From Balanoglossus misakiensis (Eukaryota > Animalia > Hemichordata), in contig CM082581.2 of NCBI GenBank assembly GCA_040954595.2, forward strand, positions 9,981,099-10,045,098: a DNA stretch of 64,000 nt, in the 5' to 3' direction. Every line of letters starts with the position of its first letter. Position 1 is the stretch's first letter. Under the pieces are notes generated by a model. It was not told the DNA's origin. It searched no databases and saw only the letters and a program-made list of their open reading frames with translations. The position numbers and the translations under genes are program-made. This document shows, in pieces, positions 1-16,369 of the stretch.

Positions 1-181
1 TCTTTTCAAATGTTGCCAGGGCTTGATACAGGAAATGACTGCACAAATGTGAGGGCTCTTTTACCCAATAGACCTGTACACACAGCCATGGCTGAAAGTC
101 CATGTACGATGTACATGATAACCTAAAACGAAGATAATAAAAATTTCAAACTGCCATCTTCCATTTCATCTGCATAAAAAC

Positions 182-390
182 ATACCGTGCATAACTGGGA
201 AGACCAACACAAGGTCAAACGGTTACTTGATAAATGTGGGTCAAAAGTAACTGGGTAATACTGCGTGTGGCCCATTGTGTTAATGGAGGGAATTTGAACA
301 GAACACCTGCATCATCGGAGACGACTGGTTTGGCCAAAAGTTGGTGATGGAAGGGTTCACAGGCCAGCTGACCGAAATGAACTTTGCGAA
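182..390 (+). pseudogene. Possible decayed pentraxin/LamG-like domain fragment inside a UROS intron (opposite strand)
   Basis: One frame reads IPCITGKTNTRSNGYLINVGQK*...*WREFEQNTCIIGDDWFGQKLVMEGFTGQLTEMNF. This resembles the pentraxin motifs HxCxTW...Y.NG, IIGQDQ and F.G.LTE.N.W, with two in-frame stops. Confidence 0.3.
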
Positions 391-591
391 GTTACCAGGG
401 TACTCTTACCTGAAGCTCAATGATGCATTGCATGCTCTTAGAGTTATAAGTAGCTGCATGAAACAACTGAATGGATCTGCTTGGTCATGTATACACTATA
501 CATGTATGTCTAACATTTTAAGCGCCATACATCAACCATGCAAGGTTATAATGGTGTAATTACATGTAACTTGAATTAAATTTATACCGAC

Positions 592-3500
592 CTGTTTCTC
601 TTTGTAATCTTGGAGTGCTGCTTGAAGAATTGGATGAGGTACACTTTTGTACACTTCAAGGCATTTCAGTGAAATATCTGAAGGCGTTTAAACATGGGAA
701 AAAGTTTCAATTTTAAAGGTTGTCAACAATGGCAGAGTGACTGACAGACAGTCCCAACAGACATAATCCATGGAACTTTCAGACTGCATATATAGCTCTG
801 CATGTCCATCAATGTATCCATCTCTCCACAGACAATAACTCAGATAATCCCTGAGCCATTTTAATATACAGGGTATATGTATCAGAACAATGTGCTTTCA
901 CGTTACTTACTGTTGTCTGCCAAAGCCAACGGTAATGTTTCTCTTTTCAGTGTTCCACATGGAAATAACAGTGGTTTTGATTTTGGTTTTATCTCTGCCA
1001 AGAAAATCAAAACACAAAATAAATTTTACTGGTGTTTATACTGTTATTCATAATGCATTGGTCACTCCGTGTGTTAGGCTGGAACCAAAACAGCCTTCTT
1101 CATTTTGCGTGTTCACTTTATGTTCTCATTTACAGATAATATTTCGGTAACTGGACTGTTGCCTGGTCAGGCAATAGTTATCCTGTCAGGTAATAGTTCA
1201 GAAACTGTGAACCGATAATGTACTTTTTGTCATATCATCCCACAAATGACCCCATGTGATCATGATTCAACCAATAATAGCTCCCAGCGCAGACGAGGTG
1301 ATGTGTCATGTACAACATGGCAATTTTTTTTATACGTGAAACGATAAAATGGAAAAAAATCAAACATCTTTCTTAATGTGTGATGTATTTTAAGAAGTAC
1401 CTTCACCTGATGATAATAAACTTTGAACTACTACTATCAACTGTTTTCATTTCAGTAAACCGAATATTGTATTTATTAGTATAAAGATAATTATGGCATT
1501 TGTTGGCATGCAGATCAATTTTACATTTCCGCTGGGTCAAGACCAACTCGGGAAGACATGAAAATACACACGCATTCAGTGAAAATTGAACTTATACAGT
1601 GATCTAGTAACTTGTGGAAGCATGTAAATTTAACTTCTGAAGCAGTAGGTACACAAATATCATACCACTTCTCAGACAGCTGCTGAAAATAGCAGAAATC
1701 AGGAGAAAGTTGCAGTGTTTATACTTCTCAGGCCTGACTTTCTGAGTATATGTAACTGTGGCATGGAAACTCAAATATTTCAGTGTGAAATGCTGAAAAG
1801 TCTAACCTTGGCAGATCAATTTAGCTAAGACTTCTGCTGTCCCTGTGTCCTGTCCCCGGCACGTGTACCCAAACTTGCTGGCAGCTGAACTGGTGGCCGT
1901 GCCAACCACGTACGCTGGAACTTCCAACCACATCTGTACCAGGTCATGCTGGAATTCTTAAAAGGGTTATAATACAGAAGATGTTATAAGCTAATCTGAT
2001 ACACAGGAATACATACAACACTTCATACACAAATTTGTCCATGTAATAAAAGCAAAGGCAATGAAACTTGATTATTTCATGGATCAAACTTTGCAGAATT
2101 AATGCTTACTTACTTTCTTCTGCATTTTGCTTGAGACAGCTATCTACAGCTTCCACTGCACGCTGACTTGTAAAGACAAAACCAGCATATTGATCAGGGT
2201 GACTCAGCTCATGGTACAATTCATCCAGTCCAAAGAATTCAAAACTCAACACTGGAATGGAGTCCGGCTCTATACCACTCTCTGAAAACAACTGAAAGTT
2301 ATCACACAAAAACTTGTCATCACAAAGAAAATATTATCAGTAATATATGAAATTTTAAACAATAAATGCAATTGTAATCATGCATCTGATTTTGAATTGA
2401 GTGACAATACCAAACTAAGTGAAAGTCTTCCAGGTTTGGTTGAAAAACTGACATGTACATGTATTAATATTTTAATTCTTGTCTCTTTCTCTCATATCTA
2501 CAGTTTTCTTTTCTCTCTCTCTCTCTCTTCCTATGAAATAACAAGGTGTCTGACATCAATAACTTTATTATACATGAAGTATCTTATTTTGACCAGTGCA
2601 AATATCTCATTAGATCAGGAATAGCATCTGTGGCTGGGGTCAGCAAAATACATTTCATATAATTGTCCTAAATTATGCGGCAGATGAAAATATTCGCTGG
2701 AGTCATCGGATACGACTATCAGCATACTTCTCATACGCTGGCACAAATCAAGCAATAAAATTCAACGCTGGACGTAGTGATCTTTCTCCGACATTGCGGA
2801 CATCGTGGACGTTATTGTCACCCAGCGGACTAGCTGTGGATCTGACAATTGCCTGACAAAGTGATTAAGGAAAATGGTATGTCACAGAAGTGATTTTCAA
2901 CCTATGGGGGCATAACACATCGGTTTGGCTGCTGCAGGCAGTGCAGCCACTAATATGGACAAAGCATGCACCAATGATGTGTCATAATAAACACAGCGCA
3001 TACCAGAGATGATATGATACTGTTTACCCAACAGGTTGATTAAATTATGGTATTTATCATATCATATTCACAGCTCTCCAATGCATCTGAAAGGTAGCGA
3101 GCGGTTATCAACCCACATACTTTCAATTTTTAAGACACTTGATCGCTACGTGGTTAAGATCATAATTTTAACCACAAACCACACATTTCCTGATTTGATC
3201 CTGTAATTTTTCAAACATTATGGTTATAATTTGATTTACGTTCAAAAGTAAACCACAAGGATACGTGTACATTTCCCTAAAATTCCATACAAAAGTTTGA
3301 CCTTCAAGCTCATTGGGACACCGAACAGAGACGAATTTTCTGTTAAACCATTGCCAGGACTTGCCAATTAAGGCAATGCCATGTTATATCCTATCAATTA
3401 CTGACAGACATTCTAAGAGCTAATAAATCAGTAACTGAATTAATTTGGCCCAAATATTTTGTTGAAATTCAAGGCTAATGAAGAACAACAAAGTCATTTT

Positions 3501-6500
3501 CCTCACATTTTTCAACTACAGAATGTACTTGAACATGACAGGGTTACAACTAAAATAGTCGTTTTGCTAATATGAGATGAGGCAGTTTACTAAATCAAAG
3601 GACGTCGATCTGTCAATCATTGTGTGTGACAGTTGAATGTGATTTCTGGTGATCTATTCTTCGTTAACCCTTTGAGGCTTTCAACCCCAGTTCCCTCTAC
3701 TGAGCTCCAACTTTACCACGGAAAACAACGGATTTGGAACAAACCATGGTGGTGAAAGGGAGAGACAGTAGCTGAACTTTCATTTTATTTTCATTACGTT
3801 TCTTAGGTACATTGGTTACTTACAGTTTCAAACTGTATTTCAAACTTCATGGCAGGGAGTAAGAGCATATATGCATGGAATTGTGCATGATTCATCGTGG
3901 CCGTGTGACTTATACACATACGATTCGATGCGCGATAAAATTGTTCATATCTTTCAACAAGAAGTCAAGTTTCTACCTCACGTACACTTTGCAAATGAAA
4001 GGCTTCACAGAATATCATGTTATGAGGGAAAGAGATGTGTCTAGTTTTACCGCCTTTTTATTGAAAAAAAAGAGATGATCAGCTGAAAGATGCTGACTAA
4101 CCTGAATTGCCTGGTGGTGACCGACTTGTGCCACATTACATTCTCTGAAGGAAAGGAATCTTTTACCTTGAATGACCTTATCCGAAATCTCCTTCGGATG
4201 AGTATGAGACAAACTATTACAGTTATTTACTACTCCAAGTATGCCAGGTTGCATGCGCAAGCATTCAAGGTATTTTAGGTCAGCGTATCCTTTTGCTTTT
4301 AAAAATAGTCCGCGCGATTTTATCGAGGCCAGTGCAAAACAATGATGGGTAAACATCATTTTGTCGTAGTCCAGCCTCAACTTCAGTACCTGTTGTCCAA
4401 ATCTAAAGAAGTGACGCTCCCCCAAATTGCACCAGCCCTCCCCCTTTTATACTTCTGTCCAGGCCCTGAATTACAGAAATTAAAGACACTAGCCTGGCGA
4501 AAGTGACCCATATTCCGAAATAGTTGAGATGTCTTGGCTTGTGGCCATGCAAATGCCAGAAGATGTCCATCTCCCTCAGAAAAGTTTTGGCGCAGATGCA
4601 AACACGTCGTATATTCTTGGCGTAGTAGCCATGCTTCCTGACACCTGATCCAATGGGTTACAAATACAACTACATTCTGCTGGTGAAACAACATGCTTGT
4701 ATTTATTTCAGACCCTGTACGTATCAAAAAATACATCTCAGCTGGCAGAGTTTATTTCCAGATTCTGCCATCCCCTAACATAGAATACTCCACATCCAAT
4801 ATCTTGCCTGATCAATTTCTCATATTTTTGTGTGTGTGTGAATTATGTCCTGCCAAATCAAAGTTGACATGAGAGCGTGAATTGGAATGTTGGAACATGT
4901 GCAGATGAAATTTTTCACAAGACTTTAGGAAGAGAGATGGCCTAAGTACATATTTGTTGGTTTAACTGTGATTGCTGCTAATTGCTGCATAGGCCAGACA
5001 GACCTGGGGGTTAATACAACTATGTCCTTGGTTGGCACTGAATAGAGATTAAGACCAAGGCAAGAAGATGTTCTTCCTCAACATGATGCACAAGGGGGAA
5101 TGACCATACTGACATTCTCATCTCCAAATGAAATAAATAATATTTCTGTTTCAATTTTTAGCTTCTGAAATTTATCCCTCTTCCAGCTGATTTGATGATT
5201 TTCTACAGTTATAGCTATGATTTCACAGAGCTATATCAAATATCTGCTGCTTGTACAGCAGAAGATTATAAATAGTATTTTCTCTGATGTTGGCATGGTG
5301 ACTGCAGAGATGACGGTCTATTCTCACATACACTTGCCTTGTTCTTTTTATCCATAGTACAGATATTGAAACAGATGTGGAACACTTTGCAAAGTCTAAT
5401 TATCATTTCATGACTGCACTTTTATAATGTTGTATTTTTTCTAGTCCTTTAACCCTTTCACCACCATGGTTCACTGGTAAAGTTGGACGTCTAAAGAGAG
5501 AACTGGGGGTGAAAGGATTAAACTTTTATGAAATGTATATTCATATAGCTGTATGGAAAAGCCTGGATATCTGAAGCCTAAGTCACTTCCTCCCTGTTTC
5601 AGGAATGTTTTGAAAATTCAGGAATTGTAATGTAAAACTACTGTACAGCGACCAAACAATGGGATGGAACCATTTACAGGTGCCGTTCTCTGTATAGTCC
5701 TGGGAAAACCAAAGACGTGATTTGAAAGAACGCGGGGGCAAAACAGGTGGTTGAAGTGAATTTTCACACACAGGGAGCATAATAGATTATGTCATGTACT
5801 CCTGAGCAGTGAAGCAGAAATGATTAACACATGTTGAAAGACTAAAGCCTGGTGTGGGTTCGGAACACACAAGAACATAAACAAAGCCATGTGCGCTGGG
5901 ATACAGAACAACATGTGTGTAAAATGAGGTTTTTGTCTTTGCATGCTTTCTAACATCTTAACTGTTCAAAGATCATCAGGTTATTCACTCAACATAGTCC
6001 AGATCAAAATTAAAACCGACATCATAATGATTTATAGCATAAAAGACTGCATCTATAGTGTTAATTAGATCTGACCCAAGTCAACTACTGCGTGTGTATT
6101 TAGTTGATAGAGGTGGCAGCCACCCAGGGGGTACACCCCTAGGCGTCCTCAGCGACCCCCTTGTCATTCACGACGCCTTATCATTACACTTGTAAATGCC
6201 CACTGTGTTGATGCTGCAGTGGCGAAATTGACGCCAAAATAAAAAAGCCCATGGAAAACCCAATCAAGGCAACAACAACACATTCAGACCCTGGTCAGTT
6301 CATTTTGCTCCATGCACTTTAACTAGGTCATAACATGTGACCTACAGGGACAATACAATGCACAAGTATCTTCAGTCACCGTATTTGTTGATCAACGGTG
6401 TCTGGCTGAGTTTCGTAGGATATTTTTGACAGCAACTTGAATCTGCACTAACCGACACATTGTTATTCAAAACTTATTGTTCATTATTATAAAATAAAGT

Positions 6501-6696
6501 CCACAAATAAATTACCGTATTTTCTTAAACCAACATCCATTTTGAATGTAAATCAGTCATTTTCTTCTTCTTATATCACAGTTCACAATTCCAGCATGTA
6601 TACTACCTGTACATACATTCATGGCAGTATAATTACCTGGTGATATGGGTCTGGATCCCCTCCCTCTCGGGGAGCGCGAAGAAGTAGCACCTTTAT
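592..6696 (-). CDS. UROS: Uroporphyrinogen-III synthase, 5' part (3' exons lie beyond the left edge)
   Basis: Exons 6637-6696 (IKVLLLRAPREGGDPDPYHQ, cf. human MKVLLLK...DPY), 2114-2291 (IPVLSFEF...GFVFTSQRAVEA), 1807-1956 (YVVGTATS...GQDTGTAEVLAKLIC), 911-994 (PLLFPCGTLKRETLP), 592-677 (LEVYKSVPHP). GT-AG boundaries in compatible phases. The start codon is anomalous (ATA). Confidence 0.92.
3664..3760. mobile_element. piggyBac-like MITE remnant (copy 1)
   Basis: Begins TTAA-CCCTTT and ends CCATGGTGGTGAAAGGG. Its sequence matches the inverted copy at 5449-5521. Confidence 0.55.
5449..5521. mobile_element. piggyBac-like MITE (copy 2) with TTAA target-site duplication
   Basis: TTAA-CCCTTTCACC...GGTGAAAGGA-TTAA: short TIRs flanked by TTAA on both sides. 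A further end fragment (ATGGTGGTGAAAGGG) lies at about 55201. Confidence 0.65.
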
Positions 6697-6877
6697 CTTG
6701 ATACTTTTGTATCATGCACAACTACTGAAAGACAATAAGTACTTTTTGAATATTTTTGTTTATGTGATATTCATGATTGATATTAAAATGTGTGTTTTTG
6801 TGCATGAGTGTGCATCAGTATGCTTGAAAGAGTTAAAAAATATAACTTTCACAAACTGAAGTGAAGACACATCTTAC

Positions 6878-7455
6878 TGGGAATGACTTTAAATTTCATG
6901 TAAAATGGGGGGGGGGGGGGGTGGTGTTGAAATTCTGCATATGATAGCTGCTTGAAGATCAATAGAGTTGGGAATTTGCATACACCATATTTATTCTGTC
7001 CCAGAATTTTCCAAGAAAGATTCCTCAATGCTTCATAAATATTGTCCATATTGATAACTTGACATATAGTCTAATACTGATAAATGCATTATACACATAC
7101 ACCTGCAAGTGTATCTGAATTGGTAGGAAGTATTAAATGCACTATATGATAGCAATGTTTGCCGAAGATTCTTTTGACATTTGTTTAGATTAGATTTTGT
7201 AACAGGTGCTTCCTCATCATAAAAGACAATGTGTTTCTGATATAGTAATACGAGTTTCCTCTTTGCCCTGCTGTCTGAACTGACAGGATGTAAGACATGA
7301 TGAATTTTTATTAACCTTTTCTCTCTACCATATTTTATGCTAAAATCTTAAAGTGTACATCATTTACATGTAATTATCACTGCATATTTCATCGCAAAAA
7401 CACAAAAGATCGCCACCGCCGCCTCCCCTCCCCCATATTACAATGGTTCATTCCA
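6878..7455. mobile_element. Possible decayed MITE in UROS intron 1
   Basis: Left end GGAATGAC...TGTAAAATGGGGGG and right end CCCCCATATTACAATGGTTCATTCC are imperfect inverted copies. Confidence 0.3.
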
Positions 7456-7531
7456 TATTCTAGTTCCTTATACATGCTGGAACAATACAAGCGACACAGA
7501 AATGGGTCTAAGCATTCTTAAATGAGTTTAC

Positions 7532-7632
7532 CTGGAATAGTTTCTCTCCACTAAAGTGAAACGTGAATATTGTTTTTCTGTTCTTGCTTGACCCGGAAGT
7601 AATACATATATTTGTCAAAGGTCAAACTGAAA
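7532..7632. promoter_or_regulatory. UROS/BCCIP bidirectional promoter and probable UROS non-coding exon 1
   Basis: Minus-strand donor CCAG|GTAAAC at 7531, ETS/GABP motif CCGGAAGT at 7593-7600, AAAGGTCA half-site at about 7617, BCCIP ATG at 7633. Confidence 0.6.
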
Positions 7633-9658
7633 ATGGCTTCGCACGGCAAGAAACGGCGAACGGTACAGCATCATGCTGGTGATGCGCCTGAAGAGATTGA
7701 TGCAGACGGAACGGAGGAGCAGTATGGTTCTGATGAAGAAATGGATTCCGACGAAAACAGTTCTGACATGGAAGTGAACGAGGTACTATGATTAACTACC
7801 CAACCCAAGCAAAAAACACGGTGACCCACGTGTTTCAGAATCTGACATTGCACAACTTCACTTCAAGCATTGGTACTAGTATTTGGGATCATTCATCGAG
7901 AATGCTTTAATTTATTTGTGGTGGTGTATTCTACATAGTGTGCTGTACACTTGCAATAACTTTATGGCCATAGACAAATCTGCAGATTGGTCTGTTTGTG
8001 TTTATTTAATAGAGATGCATCACTGCATGCAGTATACGCGAACGTAGGCCTCCATCAATTCCCCAGTTTGACCACTGAGGGCGGTACAACAAAATCCCCA
8101 GCAGAACTTTAATTTTTCTCTTATATCACGGATTTCAGGAAGTTCAAGTTGAATTTGAAGCCTTACCACCAGTAGACACAGACTTCCATGGCATTAAGAG
8201 GCTCCTACAACAGGTATAATTCTGCTTGAACTTTTAACAATCCCAATAGAAGCAAGTTGCCTTTTCTTTATTTCTAGTTTGGGCGTCAAAAGTACATAAG
8301 TCATTACTGAGCTGTACCACACTGACTGGTTTTTATTTATTAACAACTTTTTTTCGTGTTCCTTTGTCAGCTGTTTCTAAAGTCAAAGATCAATCTGTCT
8401 GAGTTGACAGAACTCATCATTTCACAGAATTACGTAGGCAGTGTCATCAAGGTAAGAGCTAGAGTAAGAAGTATTATTCAACTTGGCAATTTATGTGAAT
8501 TTCAGTCTTTGTCATATCCACTGAAGATGAGACTGATAGTGATAATAAATCCCCCCAAAAAATATTTTTTTTACAGCAAAGTGCAAATGATCTCATTGCC
8601 AATAGTGACTCAGATGATGAAGACAGTGATGATGATATATTTGGATTTTCCACAATCATAAACATGATAGAAAAAAAGGTAATTACATGGACTTTTCTGC
8701 CATTTCTCAGGTTATCGATATTTTCCAAGGCATTTCAGACATCTCAATAGTAACACCGTCCGTAATGAGGCTGATATTCCTACTAAATATATACTTCTCA
8801 AATCAGGAATTAAAGAGCCGTAATTATATTTGTCTCACAGGACATCAATTGCATCAAACAAATTAACACCATGCTTGTGGGGCAGTGTAGTAAATGTTGT
8901 CAAGACAGTGAAGTCGACCGATTACAGAAGATACTTAGTGATGAGACCAGACCAGTTGGACTTCTTTTAAATGACAGATTCGTCAATGTGCCACCGCAGA
9001 TTGCATTGCCCCAGCACCAAAGTTTACAGTAAGTATTTAGACTTTCAATGTCATTTCAATTCTGATTTAAGTAGTACCGAGAGACTCATGCAGTTTCATC
9101 TCTGCATCCATTCTGAATGTGCAAATACATGTCATTTATCCTTTCAGAAAAGACATAAAAGATGCTGTACGGAAAGGCATGAAATACTCCTTTGAATACT
9201 TCTTACTTATCGGCAAAAGTTTCAAAGTGGCCACGGACGAGAGTGAGCCGGGTCAAGGGTCAAAGAAACAAGGAAAGAAAAAGAAGAGTGGAGGAAGCAG
9301 TGATGATTTACAGTTCTCAAATCCAGAAGACGAATTTTTCTACAAGGTATGTGACTCAAACTTGGTTGTTCATGGAAAATTTGAAGGCAATGACCATTGG
9401 CCAAGTTCTCCATCCCAATGAAGATGAAACTGATTGCATACACAAAATGTTTTTGACAAAGTCCATGCTTTTTTCCATCTCTTTCAGGAATCCGAGGTAT
9501 CTTTTAGTTATCCTGTGACGAGCGACAGCGATTCAGTTCTGGCTGGCACGTGGTCATTCAGTGACACTGCTATGAAAACTTTTAGAACTGTCATGGTCAT
9601 ACCAAAGGCTAAATTTTACACTGTTCTCACGAGGCTTGAAGAAGAACTTGCCATGTAA
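7633..9658 (+). CDS. BCCIP: BRCA2 and CDKN1A-interacting protein (BCP1 family)
   Basis: Exons 7633-7782, 8139-8213 (EVQVEFEA...DFHGIKRLLQQ), 8371-8451 (LFLKSKINLSELTELIISQNYVGSVIK), 8577-8678, 8841-9028 (VGLLLNDRFVNVPPQIALP), 9148-9346 (FSNPEDEFF), 9488-9658 ending TAA. AATAAA at about 9772. Confidence 0.95.
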
Positions 9659-10596
9659 ATGCAGACAGTCCCAGTAGGCTGTATCTTTGATTGATTTTGA
9701 TTATTTTAACATGAAGATCATTCGTGTTGTTTTTCTACACCAGAGATTTGTCCATAAAATATGAGTGTTCAAATAAAACAAAGTGTTTGGGTACATCCCA
9801 AAAACATGGCTGCCAAAGTTTCATTGGAAATCTTAATAAAACAACATTCTTATGAAAAACAGAACATTCACACAATAGAATCAATAACTCAGTAACATCC
9901 TGAAAAAAAGCTTGTTTTATTTGTAGTATTCTTCAAGGGTAAATAAAAGACAGTGGGGAAACAGGCTGTTTGAAGCTGCTGGCAGCCTTGTGCGATAAAT
10001 TTTCCTTTCCAGTAAACTACTGGTGATGCTTGTACTTGTACTAGCAGCATTGAAATAATCATAAAGGCCAATAGTCAGAACCCCTTATATGCAATTGACT
10101 CACAATTCCATTCTCTCATATTTGGTATACACACAGAATGGTCTAACTTTTGAGAATGGAGGACAAAGTGGGAAACTACAAGCTACCACAAGCAGTCAGT
10201 AAATTTCTCACATTCTCGAATGACATGAGCTAGCTGAACCAAAAGTTGGTTGTACTAGGACAGCTGGTTCAAAAAGGTTTCATGATGAAAAAGACATCCA
10301 TACTTTAAGCACAAATAATTTACACTGTCACAAGCTAGCTACAAGACTTTGGTTTTGGGGTTCAGGGATACTGAAACATTATTTCAAGTAACATTACAGT
10401 GTCAAAATGTTGATAACTACTGTTCTAACACATGGGTTACCAAACAACCAAAACAGTTACTGTCCAGTACAGGAACCTTTCACAGATACAAGCTCAAAAC
10501 AAAGCGTTCTGTATGTGTTATTAAGGTAATGAAGAAGTGGGGTTTTCAAAAATGCCCCACTGCATATTTATTATTTATGGTGTGTCCAAAAAAGTT

Positions 10597-15714
<5,118 letters not shown>

Positions 15715-16076
15715 CTTTCTGCACCTCGCTACCTCGCTGATGATGGCGGAACTTGTATGCCTTCTTCGATTTCTACCGGGTACCCCGTACGCCCCCAACC
15801 ACTTCGAGTTGCTGCCGAAAGCATTTCCGGGTAAATACAAATCCTTTCAGATTTATTCTTTGTTCCAAAACCTATCATTTAGAACAGAGATTTCGTAGAA
15901 AAACATACAATAGTATGTGTTTGATAACGTCAATGATAGAAATGGGCAAAAAAAATCCAAAATCTCTCTTTAGTTTTCCCAAGCAAGTTTCATTGCCTGA
16001 TGGGTAAAAATCATAGTGTAGGGGACAGGGTAAACATTTGTCGAAAGCCCCGGATGAACACATGAGGACCGAGAAA

Positions 16077-16338
16077 ATGGCGGAACAGGAAGTGGAATCG
16101 CATGTGGAGTTTCATGAAATGGGTCTTGATGATCGTTTACTGAAGGTTTGTGTTAGTTCATCGACAGTTAATGTGATTAATACGACTATATTCAAATTAT
16201 GATTATTGGCAGTGTAAATCTTAGTGTGTGTACTCCCCTCCATGATTGTATACATATGTATCCCCTTATGTATGCACGTGTATGTCACTATATGTGTGTG
16301 TACACGTGTGTACACATGCATTAAAGTATGTATGTATC

Positions 16339-16369
<31 letters not shown>

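Noticed and set aside
1665-1755. Open AG...GT-bounded segment in a UROS intron
   Set aside because: No similarity to UROS; the true PLLFPCG exon is at 911-994.
4285-4294. GTATCCTTT U12-like donor (another GTATCCTT at about 3257, minus strand)
   Set aside because: No adjoining exon or matching branch site; treated as chance.
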